From the NCBI GenBank assembly GCA_039698055.1, contig JBDKTL010000024.1, positions 1-64,000 of the forward strand: 64,000 nucleotides of DNA, read 5' to 3'. Positions 37,317 to 47,679 of the stretch are shown piece by piece. Source of the DNA: Methanoregula sp. (lineage in GTDB: Archaea; Halobacteriota; Methanomicrobia; Methanomicrobiales; Methanospirillaceae). The notes beneath the pieces are model-generated. The model worked only from the letters and a program-made list of their open reading frames with translations, was not told the DNA's origin and searched no databases. A program made the position numbers and the translations under genes. Numbering within the stretch: position 1 is the first letter of the stretch; each line of letters opens with the position of its first letter.

Positions 37317-40121
37317 TCAGTGCCTGCGCACGACAAGGAGTGCAACTGCACCAAGACCGATCAATGCAATCAGTGCACCAAAGCCCGGCTGTGTGGGGGT
37401 CTGGGTTGGGGTTGCAACGGTGGTCGGAACGGTTGTCACTACAGTGACCGGTGCAGTTGTTGTAACGGTTGTCGGAACTGCGGTTGGGGCAGTGCCTTCA
37501 AGAACGTTGAACAGTGCAGTACCGCTTGCTTCCTGGAGGACTGCAGTTGCCTTGACAATGTACTCGTCGGGTTTGTACGTGGATGCGTCAACATCGAACG
37601 AGATCTTGTTCAGGCCGCTGTCACCCTTGGTAACCTTGACGGTTCCGGTTGAGCCGCTGAACCCACTGCTCATGCTCTTGTCAGTCGGCTTGAATGATGA
37701 TGAGTAGATCTCCATGAGGACGTCATCGTCTACCGCGAGGTTGGTGGTTCCTGTGACGGTGAACTTATCACCGACATGGCGGTCGCCAACGGGGTCGACA
37801 TTGATAACGGGTACCTCGACGAGGAACTGGAGCTTGGTGTAGGTATCATCGACATTTGCGCTGTTGATACCATCGATAAGTGCCTGAGCTGCGTTAGATC
37901 CCTGAAGGCTGCTGCTTCCGGTCAACTTGAACAGCTGAAGAGGCGTGGTCGTGATGAGCTCGTTCCAGACATATCCTGCAACTTGCGGGGCTGGACCATA
38001 TGCGTTGGGCTCGTACTGGATGTCGAACTTGTTGTTCTGCATCGGGTGCTGGGCAACAACGAAGTACTGTCCGGCAGAAAGAGACTTTGTGTCTTCCTTC
38101 TTAACCTCGTAGGAGAATGAAGCGTCGGAGTTTACAGACTGCGACTTGACAACTGCATAGTTCTTCCCGAGGATCCAGATCTGGACACCGGCGCTGGGCT
38201 GACCCTGTGCGGTACCGGTGATGAATACTGAGTCACCCTGTGCCACGGTCGACTGTGAGGCAGTTGCGCTGATGAACGGTGCCTTGATGATGATTGAGCA
38301 CGTGCCATAGGCAACATTTGCAAGCTGAGTGTTCAGACTGGTGGACTTCTGGCTTGTTGCAAAGATCGTGTAGGTTCCCTGATCGAGTGCAACGGTTGAA
38401 GTTCCCCATTTGTAGGACCAGGTGTTGTCAGCCAGAACTGATGCCTGGATCCAGTCGCCGTCATTGATAGCGGGGGTTGCCGCCGTGTCTGACAGGTCTC
38501 TGCTGCGTGGATCGAGGCTGGTCATGGATGAACCATATGCACCGAGGTTGGGCCCGGTGATAAACAGCCAGGTGGTCTGGGTCTCGGTGTTGGTACCGGA
38601 GAACTGGATCTCTTCACCCAGGTAGTAGCTCTGGTCGCCGGCGGCCACAATGGTGACTGCGCCCTTTGCAACCTGCACATTGACTTCATCGCTCTTGAAC
38701 TGGCCGGTGAAGTTCTGCTCTACACGGATCGTGTATTGCTGTGCCTTCGTCCAGTTGGTGGTAAGGAACTGAACAGTCCGGGTACCAGAGTCACTGAGCA
38801 AGACGTTTGCATACTCGTATGTACCGTTGCCGAGTTGCATGGATTGTATTTGCGCCTTGGTTAACGGTGCCCATGCGGCTGCGGGAGACCAGTTCTTTGT
38901 GTTAGGCGCTACGTCACTAAGGATTGTAGCCTGAGCCCCGTTCTGGTACTGGTAGTTACCGTTTTCTCCTGCGGCGAACGATGGAACAATTCCTGCTGCA
39001 CCGAGAAGACCGACGTTAGCTTCATTATCCAGAGTCACACCGGCCTGGTACGGCGCAATCATCGGGGGCTGGTCATCGTAAGCACCGCTCATGGTGCTTG
39101 TTCCCTTAACCCACAGGTGGTAGACCGTGTTTGCCCTACCGGTAATGGTAACGGAGAACGCCTTGCTGCGAACAACTGAGTCCTTGTTTGCCGAGAGCGA
39201 CACCGTGTTTGAAGCAATGGTGACGGTCTGTGCACTGGACACTGTCTTCGTGGTGTAGCTTGCACCGCCATTCAGGTAGTTGTTCAGCATGTTGTTCATC
39301 TTGGACTCAACGGTAACCGTGTAGGTACCTGCCGGGTATGCATTTGCACCGGTTGAACCAAGAACACCAGTTGACCAGTTCCCAAGAGCGGGAGTGCTCC
39401 AGTACCATGAGGGCGCATTAACTTTCTGCGAGGTAATAGATAATGGAACTTTTGCATCGTTAAGCAGTGAGGTCAGGGTGTTACCGGAGTCGGTCTTCAC
39501 CTTGATTTCTGCCCAGCCCTGTTGATCTACAGGCGTGTAGCCAGTGACCAATGCGGTCTGGTTTTGACGCAGGAGCGGCTGGTTAATTGCCGCGTCCATG
39601 TTGGTTCCAATCTTGAACGTAAGGTGATCTCCCTGGATAACGGAACCGCCGCTTACAGCTATTCCGCCCTGAGTACCCTGGTCAAGATCCCAGATGTCAA
39701 CGGAAAGTTGCGGGTCTTTGACATTGATATACATGCTGGAGTTGGCAAATCCGGTAACTGGATCAATCACATACCATGCAGATCCAGCGCCCATACCAAA
39801 CGCAGAGCTGGAAATCGTGGTAATGCCATCAGCAGTCAATGGATAGGTCGCTGTTGCGGTAGTGGACCCAATGTTAGCTGCTGATGCCCACCAGCCGAGG
39901 GCTGTCGCGGTCTTCCCCGTATATGCTCCTCCTGATGCTGCCATCGCTGCATTCCATGTGGTTACAGCGGGGGTAAGGTTTAACCCCTGTTCACCAATAA
40001 ACACACTTGCGCCCTGGTTGATGCTCGTGTTAATGTAGTTGAACGATGCCGATGCCGGCATAATTGCTACGAGAACGAACATCGCGAGTGCAACAAGTGC
40101 AATAGTTAATCGCTTAGTCAT
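37317..40121 (-). CDS. Major S-layer glycoprotein (Methanomicrobiales type) with PGF-CTERM sorting signal
   Basis: Signal peptide, VFIGEQGL (DUF3821-like), QHPMQN, VDDTYTKL, Thr-rich linker, QPGFGALIALIGLGAVALLVVRRH; GGAGGA RBS; strongly biased codons. Confidence 0.93.
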   Translation of the reverse strand: MTKRLTIALVALAMFVLVAIMPASASFNYINTSINQGASVFIGEQGLNLTPAVTTWNAAMAASGGAYTGKTATALGWWASAANIGSTTATATYPLTADGITTISSSAFGMGAGSAWYVIDPVTGFANSSMYINVKDPQLSVDIWDLDQGTQGGIAVSGGSVIQGDHLTFKIGTNMDAAINQPLLRQNQTALVTGYTPVDQQGWAEIKVKTDSGNTLTSLLNDAKVPLSITSQKVNAPSWYWSTPALGNWSTGVLGSTGANAYPAGTYTVTVESKMNNMLNNYLNGGASYTTKTVSSAQTVTIASNTVSLSANKDSVVRSKAFSVTITGRANTVYHLWVKGTSTMSGAYDDQPPMIAPYQAGVTLDNEANVGLLGAAGIVPSFAAGENGNYQYQNGAQATILSDVAPNTKNWSPAAAWAPLTKAQIQSMQLGNGTYEYANVLLSDSGTRTVQFLTTNWTKAQQYTIRVEQNFTGQFKSDEVNVQVAKGAVTIVAAGDQSYYLGEEIQFSGTNTETQTTWLFITGPNLGAYGSSMTSLDPRSRDLSDTAATPAINDGDWIQASVLADNTWSYKWGTSTVALDQGTYTIFATSQKSTSLNTQLANVAYGTCSIIIKAPFISATASQSTVAQGDSVFITGTAQGQPSAGVQIWILGKNYAVVKSQSVNSDASFSYEVKKEDTKSLSAGQYFVVAQHPMQNNKFDIQYEPNAYGPAPQVAGYVWNELITTTPLQLFKLTGSSSLQGSNAAQALIDGINSANVDDTYTKLQFLVEVPVINVDPVGDRHVGDKFTVTGTTNLAVDDDVLMEIYSSSFKPTDKSMSSGFSGSTGTVKVTKGDSGLNKISFDVDASTYKPDEYIVKATAVLQEASGTALFNVLEGTAPTAVPTTVTTTAPVTVVTTVPTTVATPTQTPTQPGFGALIALIGLGAVALLVVRRH

Positions 40122-40678
40122 TCGTTTTCCTCCAAAGTTTACATCATACAATTCAAGCCAGAGAATCGTTTCGACAGATGCCGAACAACGCTTCTACGAG
40201 CCCCATACTCCGTTTAGACGGAATATGAAAGAGTATTTGTTAAAGAGCTAATATATCCTTTGTGGTTGTTTTTGATGGCAATTCTGGGCTCAAAATGCCA
40301 TCAGTTTTTGATTCTGGTTGTTATTTGAAGGATTTGTAACATCTTTGGAACCCACTTTCATCACGCGTTGCGGATTGCAGATATATTATAGCCTCTTTGG
40401 ATTTCGCGCACCAATATAGATCGGTGTGTTAATATTAATATTAAATTATATTACAAACGTGATTGTCAAAATCTAATTACCCGTTCAATTATACGATAAT
40501 ACATCGCATTCCTCATTATGTTTTTGTAAATACTGTATTAATTGTATATGGTACAATGAAATTATGTTGAAATGAAATTGTATTCTGGACGAATCCATCA
40601 ATACGCAATTTCGTGAACCCACGTGTCCCCACATTCATTCCGACACATTATACATCATACAGGTACCAACTATTTTCC

Positions 40679-41404
40679 ATGAGAATCATCCGGGCTCCCA
40701 GCATCGGACGGGCACACGAGCAAATCGTGAAGATGATCCTTGAAAAAGGCTGGGTACTCCAAACCGAAGATAACGAAGCCACCATAGAATTCGAAGAAAT
40801 AGCAATGCAGGTCGACACCCCGCTTGCAGAACCCGCAGTCAGCGTACATTCCCGGTTCCAGCAGAGATTTGTCGACCAGTATGCCCATGATCTGCTGCAT
40901 GGTTCCAAAGCTGCCTTTGAATACGATTACCACGGGCGGCTCTTTGACTGGGGTGAACGCCTCGTTGCGGACGGGCAGCCTGTTCACATCGACCAGATTT
41001 CCTATATTGTCGATAAACTGAAAAAATCGACGGAAACCCGCCGTGCAATTGCTATCACGTGGAACCCGCTCATCGATGAAAAACTTGACGACTGCCCCTG
41101 CCTGCAACTGATCCAGTGCACCCTCCGCGAAGGAAAACTTCACCTGCGGGTCGTCTTCCGGAGCAATGACATGCTCACCGCTGCCGGTGCGAATATGTAC
41201 GCACTGGTGCAGCTCCAGAAGTCCATTGCAGAACAGCTGGGTGTGTCCTGTGGTACCTATACCCACATCTCCCTTGTTCCGCACATATATTATAAGAGAG
41301 ACGTTCACGACATCGAACCCTTCTGCGGGAAAGGAAATTTTATCCAGCCGGTAAAAGAAGTCTGTAGTACCTGCCAGCGCTGCGATCGGGCAAAACTAAG
41401 ATAA
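40679..41404 (+). CDS. thyA: Thymidylate synthase (archaeal ThyA type)
   Basis: FEYDYHGRL, TRRAIAITW, PCLQ (catalytic Cys), FRSND, HIY. Confidence 0.9.
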   Translation: MRIIRAPSIGRAHEQIVKMILEKGWVLQTEDNEATIEFEEIAMQVDTPLAEPAVSVHSRFQQRFVDQYAHDLLHGSKAAFEYDYHGRLFDWGERLVADGQPVHIDQISYIVDKLKKSTETRRAIAITWNPLIDEKLDDCPCLQLIQCTLREGKLHLRVVFRSNDMLTAAGANMYALVQLQKSIAEQLGVSCGTYTHISLVPHIYYKRDVHDIEPFCGKGNFIQPVKEVCSTCQRCDRAKLR

Positions 41405-41458
41405 CCGTAATGTCCGTCACTTTAATTAGGCAACAGCGGTAAAAAATAAGAGGCACAT

Positions 41459-41531
<73 letters not shown>

Positions 41532-41586
41532 CTTCTTTTCCGTTTTGCTTTTTTAAGAGCCGTTGCCCTGTACGATGCTGGAAACA

Positions 41587-42306
41587 TCATGCAATCAGCG
41601 CAGACAGGATACAGCTGATAAACACCGCACCGAATGTTCCTGCACCGCCTATACTGATCTGCGGCACTTCAAGTTTTTTTGCAGCAGGAAGATGCGCGAT
41701 ATTTGCACCAAGCAGGGTGCCAAACACGCCGCTGACAAATGCAATCACTCCCGCAGACAATCCTATCTGCCCGGACAGGAAAAATCCAACAAGGAGCGCG
41801 GTAAGTCCCGGAATAAACAACGATGTTCGTATCCCCACACCGGTGAGAGGACGTGTGGTCACATACGCAACTGCGGCAACTATCAGGATACCAGCGATCA
41901 CATACTCCGCCAGTGATGAATTTGAAACAAGAAGAGCGCGGTACAGGAAATACAGCGATAGCGTAACGGGTATGACAGCCCCCCCAAAATTCAGCGAGAT
42001 AATTGTGTCCCAGACAGGGGTGTCTGCCCATGCGGTATCAACATTGGTCATCGACATCCCCTCTTCATGCGAAATCCTTACAGTATCACGGCGAATCTTC
42101 CAGAGCGGGATATTGATGAAGCTCCCAAGGAGCATCAACAGGACAACCGCAACCGCGGCAATCCATGAAAACCCCAGACGGGTGAATGCTTCACCGATCA
42201 ACCCGAGGAACAGAAGTGGTATGATCAGAACGATAAGCCCTATGACGATGATAATACCGAGAACAGACAACGGGCCGGCAGAGTAAAAATGGACTCCATC
42301 ACTCAT
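41587..42306 (-). CDS. DUF1614 family membrane protein
   Basis: LLGSFINIP, LNFGGAVIP, GTLLGAN, SIGGAGTFGAVF. Confidence 0.88.
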   Translation of the reverse strand: MSDGVHFYSAGPLSVLGIIIVIGLIVLIIPLLFLGLIGEAFTRLGFSWIAAVAVVLLMLLGSFINIPLWKIRRDTVRISHEEGMSMTNVDTAWADTPVWDTIISLNFGGAVIPVTLSLYFLYRALLVSNSSLAEYVIAGILIVAAVAYVTTRPLTGVGIRTSLFIPGLTALLVGFFLSGQIGLSAGVIAFVSGVFGTLLGANIAHLPAAKKLEVPQISIGGAGTFGAVFISCILSALIA

Positions 42307-42923
42307 AGGTAGTATTCACCTTCCGCTATTTTACCAATGATCGCTGCATGGTCCCGGTGGTACGGCGCAAGCCAGACACTTTCTGTGATGACCACTCCTG
42401 CCGCCTCCAGAATCTCCAGTGTGTCATGGAAAACTTCGGCAGGCTCCTTTCTTACGTCCACGCTCCGGGTCTTGAGCATAAGGATAAGACTGCCGCCACG
42501 TTTCAGGAACGGACAATTCTTAAGCGCAATCGCAGCCTGATCTGGTTGCGCCACATCCTGATACAGCAGATCAACCGGTTCAACCAACGGGGTGTATTGC
42601 TCCGGGCGGGAGGCATCTGCCATGATTGGCATCACATTTTTCCGGCGCCGCGCCACTTCGAGAAGGTCCTGCATCGGGCGGGGGGCAAACTCTACACTGT
42701 AAACAACTTCCACGTAGTCGGCAACATGAGATACCGTAGTCCCGTTTGCCGCACCAAGATAGAGCACCCGCATACCGGGCGTGAGTTCGATTCCGGTCCC
42801 GACATGGTACAAGGCAGATAACTTGCTCCGGTAGGGGTCCCACACCCGTGAACCGCCGAGCATCCGCTCATTATAGACGCCCCCCTCGCCGGGAGAAACG
42901 AGCACATCGCCAATCCATATCAT
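42303..42923 (-). CDS. flpA: Fibrillarin-like rRNA/tRNA 2'-O-methyltransferase
   Basis: WDPYRSKL, VLYLGAANGTTVSHV, YQDVAQPDQ. Confidence 0.96.
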   Translation of the reverse strand: MIWIGDVLVSPGEGGVYNERMLGGSRVWDPYRSKLSALYHVGTGIELTPGMRVLYLGAANGTTVSHVADYVEVVYSVEFAPRPMQDLLEVARRRKNVMPIMADASRPEQYTPLVEPVDLLYQDVAQPDQAAIALKNCPFLKRGGSLILMLKTRSVDVRKEPAEVFHDTLEILEAAGVVITESVWLAPYHRDHAAIIGKIAEGEYYL

Positions 42924-43804
42924 TGCGATTCGTTCTCCTTTCCTACAGGTTCAGCCCCGATCCGGTCAATACAAACCTGGGCGTTGTCAATAAATGCCGG
43001 TGCAAGGCTCCCCCGGTAGTAATCCAGCCGTGCCGCAATTGCAAGTTTCCCGGCAAGCACCCGTGCAACTTTTCCACGAACCGCACGAGGAGCGTTATGC
43101 ACCCTCCGGTGCTGGAAAATAATCCCGTGCTTTGGAGAGGGTGCATGTGTCCGCAGGTGTGCAAAAAGTGCGGTCCGGGCACCAAGCACCTGTATCGCGC
43201 TTCCCGGCATGCGGGAGAGATCTTTAAGCCCGCCGGCATGCGACAGGAGCCGGGCGGCAACAAGTCCACCGATCAATGCACTCGTGTTGGGCATTACGGC
43301 ACATGCACGCCCGGATACTTCGCGGGCAAGCGCAGTCCGCGTGTCAGCGAGATGGGTAATTTCACCTGCCACTTTTCCCAGTGCCCCACCCCGGTTCCGG
43401 TCAGCGATGCTCTTTACAAGCACGTGAGCCGGTGTCCTGCGGTATTTGCGGGAAAATGACGGGTGCCGGATCTGGTGCCAGTCGGCCACCCGCTCAGAAA
43501 GCAGGTTGATGACCGTATCCATTTCATCAAGCGTCCTTACCATCTGGAGCAGTTCCACATCTTTACCTGCATACTGCTCCCGCACTGCCAGTTCTGAACC
43601 TGCGATACAGACATCCTGGAGTTTTATGAGGTAATCCGCCCGGTCAGCGCAGGTTCCGCATGCCACCGCCAGTTGCCAGTCAGGGGGGACAAATCCATCC
43701 ATACTGCCGCGAAGAGTGCGGACGCGGGCAGCAACTGCACTCAAATCGCCGTTGAAAGGTGTGCACTGCCCGTCATCTACATCTCCAAACCAGTAGGACT
43801 GCAT
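42920..43804 (-). CDS. nop5: Nop5 (Nop56/58) C/D box sRNP protein
   Basis: LSERVADW, IQVLGA..ALF.HL..PKHGIIFQH, GKVAR.LAGKLAIAARLD; adjacent to flpA. Confidence 0.93.
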   Translation of the reverse strand: MQSYWFGDVDDGQCTPFNGDLSAVAARVRTLRGSMDGFVPPDWQLAVACGTCADRADYLIKLQDVCIAGSELAVREQYAGKDVELLQMVRTLDEMDTVINLLSERVADWHQIRHPSFSRKYRRTPAHVLVKSIADRNRGGALGKVAGEITHLADTRTALAREVSGRACAVMPNTSALIGGLVAARLLSHAGGLKDLSRMPGSAIQVLGARTALFAHLRTHAPSPKHGIIFQHRRVHNAPRAVRGKVARVLAGKLAIAARLDYYRGSLAPAFIDNAQVCIDRIGAEPVGKENESQ

Positions 43805-43859
43805 GATAGAAACGTAAGGGAGCCCGGGTAAAAAAACAATGTATCCCCGGCACCTCTGG

Positions 43860-45074
43860 TCAGATCCACCCGATACCAAATGAGTACAGCATCACCGGCA
43901 CCATGATTGCGCCCATACAATACATCCTTGACACATTGACAAGATGGGGGACAAGACCCACAATCACGGCAAGAAGGAGAATGAACATGCCAAATGGACC
44001 GGTGATGATAAGACATAAGGCCACAACGAACAGGATCACGACCCGGTTTAATGTCCGGCCATTAATCCCGTTAAGCCGTGTCGCAGAGCGGGAAAGCCCC
44101 ACGGTGATGCAATATGCGGCACAAGCGGCAAGCACTCCGACAACCATGAGCTCGCTCATGGAAGGAAGCGGCAGTTCAGACAATGCTACCATCACCCCGT
44201 TACGCATCCGGGAAAGTGCGAACAATGCCGCAAGACCGATAAATGCATTTGCCGTATTTGCCGCACTCGTTGCAAGGATATAAGCCCGGCGATCCTTGTC
44301 ATAGCCGGAGACAGAGGCCAGAACACCGTTTGCCGTCGCATTCGAAAGCCCGGGTAGCCAGCCTACCGCGATTCCTGCGAGCGTCCCAAGAATTGAACTC
44401 TTCACGACCGTTTTATTATCAATCCGTAAACCCCGGAAATACTGGTCAGGTATCGCGCCCTGCGAAGCCGTTAGCAGCACGGAAATCCCAAAAAGTCCGG
44501 TGAGCAGGGGCATAAGTAATGCGCTGTCACCGGCCAAGGTATGCCAGCTGAGATACGCGTAGCGAAGGGTAAAAATTCCAAGAATGCCGGATACTGCGAA
44601 GATCCCCCATGCCCAGCCGGGGGCTTCACTCATCACGATCATATACCCCACGACAGCAATGAGGAGAATGCCAATACCCCAGTCAAAGTATGGTTGCAGG
44701 GCAGGGAGAAAAATAAAACAGAGCACGGACAGCGGGACAGCGATGATGATCGCACACGCACTCCCAAGGGCAGCGATGCGCACAGCTTCCTCACCGTTTC
44801 CCTCAAGACAAAGGGCGTGCGCCGGGAGCACCGACAGGGACGTGTCCGCATCCGGAACACCAAGAAATGTACTCGGAATGCAATCCACAAATGTATGGGT
44901 TATGAGCGCGGCAAACATCGCCCCTGCGAGAGCGAGCGGGCCAAACACGGATACTAAGAAAACCTGGAGACTCAACAGGACGCCCGCCAGTGTATTTGCA
45001 TGCACACCGGGGATAAGGCCGCTTATCGTGCCAAGAACCACGCCAAGAAGCGTCCCGATCAGGATCTCAATCAT
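43860..45074 (-). CDS. Tripartite tricarboxylate transporter permease (TctA/DUF112 family)
   Basis: GLIPGVHAN, HTFVD.IPS.FLGVPD, PLLTGLFG; polytopic. Confidence 0.88.
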   Translation of the reverse strand: MIEILIGTLLGVVLGTISGLIPGVHANTLAGVLLSLQVFLVSVFGPLALAGAMFAALITHTFVDCIPSTFLGVPDADTSLSVLPAHALCLEGNGEEAVRIAALGSACAIIIAVPLSVLCFIFLPALQPYFDWGIGILLIAVVGYMIVMSEAPGWAWGIFAVSGILGIFTLRYAYLSWHTLAGDSALLMPLLTGLFGISVLLTASQGAIPDQYFRGLRIDNKTVVKSSILGTLAGIAVGWLPGLSNATANGVLASVSGYDKDRRAYILATSAANTANAFIGLAALFALSRMRNGVMVALSELPLPSMSELMVVGVLAACAAYCITVGLSRSATRLNGINGRTLNRVVILFVVALCLIITGPFGMFILLLAVIVGLVPHLVNVSRMYCMGAIMVPVMLYSFGIGWI

Positions 45075-45152
45075 TACTTAAACGTGCAGGAGAAGGGACA
45101 TAAATGAACCGAAATGCATACCATATTATCGTAACGAGGCGATGAATCCGTA

Positions 45153-45839
45153 ATGATTATTGCAGTCACCCGCCTTGCGGGAAAAGAGGAGAGTGATGCA
45201 AGCCGGTGCGCACAGTTCGGGCATTCCTGTTACAGCGTGCACCCGCTCCATTCAGAAATCAAGCAGGATGTCATCTCATCATTTGTCACCGCGGTTGATC
45301 GGGGGGAGTTTGACTGCCTGTTTTTTACCAGTGCCCTTCCGGCAAAACTCATCGCCCCCCATCTCAACCGGTTCCCCCGCGTGATTGCTATTGGCCCGCA
45401 GACCGCAAAAGAACTGCAACGGTTTGAAGTGGAATGCGAAACACTCCCCGGTTTCTACTCACGCGACTTTGTACCGTATCTTGGGGACTGGATCAAAGAC
45501 AAAAATATTGGCATACCGCGGGCAGATGTGCCAAACTCCGCACTCATCGATGCCATCACCAACGCCGGTGGCATCGCACACGAATTCCGCTGCTACCAGC
45601 TGACACCCACCGGGGAATCACTGAACCTTGATGATGCAGACGCAATTCTCTTTACCAGTGCAATGTCATTTAAAAAAGCCATATGGACTGCACGCCCCAA
45701 CATTCTTGTGATGGCAATCGGGGATATCACCGCCTCCGATATGCGCAAAGCGGGAACGAACCCTGTTGTTGTCGGGGACGGATCTCTTGAAGGGACGCTC
45801 ACAGCGCTGAATGCCTACATCAAGCAAAAGGAACAATGA
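45153..45839 (+). CDS. hemD: Uroporphyrinogen-III synthase
   Basis: IAVTR, FFTSA, AIGPQTA, PRADVP, LFTSA, AIG.ITA. Confidence 0.88.
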   Translation: MIIAVTRLAGKEESDASRCAQFGHSCYSVHPLHSEIKQDVISSFVTAVDRGEFDCLFFTSALPAKLIAPHLNRFPRVIAIGPQTAKELQRFEVECETLPGFYSRDFVPYLGDWIKDKNIGIPRADVPNSALIDAITNAGGIAHEFRCYQLTPTGESLNLDDADAILFTSAMSFKKAIWTARPNILVMAIGDITASDMRKAGTNPVVVGDGSLEGTLTALNAYIKQKEQ

Positions 45840-46792
45840 ATATGACCGCCTCTACCGAATCTGCCATCACATCCTTGGATATCCCCCTCTGGCATGGTGC
45901 CGGGATCATTTTAATCGATAAACCACGCGGCCCATCAAGCCATGAAGTTGCAGCATGGGTAGGAAAAATGCTCGGTTGCCAGGTGGGTCATGCCGGCACG
46001 CTCGACCCACAGGTTTCCGGTGTCCTTCTTGTCATGCTCGGTAATGCGGTACGCCTCGCACCGCTCCTGCTTAAACACAATAAAGAATATGTCTGCCTGA
46101 TGCGTTTGCACGGAGATGTGGATAGTGAACGGATTATGCAGGCTGGCGCAGAGTTCACGGGCAGGATTTACCAGCGCCCGCCACGGAGAAGCGCGGTTAA
46201 ACGCAATCTCCGAATCCGTGCAATCTACAATCTTGAGATTCGAAGCATTGAAGGCCGCCTGGTACTTTTCCGTGCTGAATGTGAGGCTGGGACATACATT
46301 CGCTCACTCTGCCACCACATGGGTCTCGCCCTTGGCGTTGGGGCACACATGCAGGAGCTGCGCCGGACAAAATCAGGTGCATTCACAGAACAAATGTCAC
46401 ATTCACTTCATGCACTTCAGGATGCCTGTTATGCGGCTGCAAAAGGAGACCGGGCATCACTTCAATCCATGATCATTTCCGTAGATGCAGCAGTGCCGGA
46501 CCTTCCCAAAGTAATTGTCAGAGATTTAGCAATTGATGCACTCTGTCGCGGGGCCGTGCTTGCCGGTGTGGGCGTTATACGCTGTGATGAATTTAAAAAA
46601 GCCCAGACCGTTGCAGTCCTCTCACAGAAGAATGAGTTTGTCGGTCTTGGAAGATCACTGGTACCGTCTTCATCATTTAAGCCGGGCCAGACAGGGCTTG
46701 TAGTTGCCATGACCTCGGTATTCCTTCCACCAGGCACCTATCCCCGGGGCTGGAAAAAATCTGCCAAACCTGAAAAACCGGCAAAAAAGTGA
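45836..46792 (+). CDS. truB: H/ACA RNA-guided pseudouridine synthase Cbf5
   Basis: IDKPRGPSSHEV, GHAGTLDP, CEAGTYIR, MQELRRTKSG, PUA domain. Confidence 0.95.
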   Translation: MNMTASTESAITSLDIPLWHGAGIILIDKPRGPSSHEVAAWVGKMLGCQVGHAGTLDPQVSGVLLVMLGNAVRLAPLLLKHNKEYVCLMRLHGDVDSERIMQAGAEFTGRIYQRPPRRSAVKRNLRIRAIYNLEIRSIEGRLVLFRAECEAGTYIRSLCHHMGLALGVGAHMQELRRTKSGAFTEQMSHSLHALQDACYAAAKGDRASLQSMIISVDAAVPDLPKVIVRDLAIDALCRGAVLAGVGVIRCDEFKKAQTVAVLSQKNEFVGLGRSLVPSSSFKPGQTGLVVAMTSVFLPPGTYPRGWKKSAKPEKPAKK

Positions 46793-46849
46793 TCGAATAA
46801 AGGGATACCATTAAAAAAATACCCGGCAAATATATGGGATACGCCTTTT

Positions 46850-46933
46850 GCTGAGGTAGTCTAGCGGTAGGGCGCAGGCCTGGAAAGCCTGTGGTGCGAA
46901 AGTGCCTCGGGGGTTCAATTCCCCCCCTCAGCG
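46850..46933 (+). tRNA. tRNA-Ser(GGA)
   Basis: GCTGAGG/CCTCAGC acceptor, CAGGC-CTGGAAA-GCCTG, long variable arm. Confidence 0.95.
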
Positions 46934-47094
46934 TAGTATCATTTTGATTATGATTTTTTTGTTGAATCCCCCGTTTCCGGCAACAAAGAGAATCGTTCGG
47001 AGATTGCGAGGTAATTGCGGGTCTTGATTCCCTCGTTCTGCGATATAAACCACCAAAAAAAAGAAAATTTAAAACTTATCTGTTGTGATCGGCA

Positions 47095-47679
47095 TCAGCA
47101 GGTCCCGCCAAACTCCCTGCCAAGATCAAAGGCTTTCATATTGATCTCAACTGTTTTTTGGGGCACGAGTTTTTTGACTGCCTCCCGTAGTGACTCAGGC
47201 TTGAGCGGGAGGTCATGCGACGCCGCTCCCAGGATGACCACGTTCTGGGTCAGCGGGCTTCCTGCCTTAAGCGCAATCTGGTCTGCGTCGATCAGGCAGA
47301 GATTGAACTTCTTCAGCTGCGCGATGATCTCATCCTCATTAGGTGCTGGGATTTTTTGGGTGAACACTGAGGTAGGTATGACAAGATGCCGGTTAACCAC
47401 CATCTTCCCGCCTTCTTTGAGATAATGCGAATAGCGGAGTGCCTCCAGCAGATCAAAAGAAATTAAAAGTTCCGCGTGACCCGGTTCAATCAGCGGTCCG
47501 AATTCGCCATCGATCCGGATCTGGCTCTCCACTGATCCCCCGCGCTGCGCCATCCCATGAGTCTCAGCGCCTTTGATATGCCTTCCTTCAATCAGGCATG
47601 CTTCTCCCAGGATATTTGAGGCAAGAATTGTTCCCTGGCCGCCAATACCAACAATCATCACGTCATAGCTACGGGTCAT
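47095..47679 (-). CDS. iorB: Indolepyruvate ferredoxin oxidoreductase subunit beta
   Basis: VGIGGQG, ETHGMAQRGGSV, N.KAF.LG. Confidence 0.94.
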   Translation of the reverse strand: MTRSYDVMIVGIGGQGTILASNILGEACLIEGRHIKGAETHGMAQRGGSVESQIRIDGEFGPLIEPGHAELLISFDLLEALRYSHYLKEGGKMVVNRHLVIPTSVFTQKIPAPNEDEIIAQLKKFNLCLIDADQIALKAGSPLTQNVVILGAASHDLPLKPESLREAVKKLVPQKTVEINMKAFDLGREFGGTC

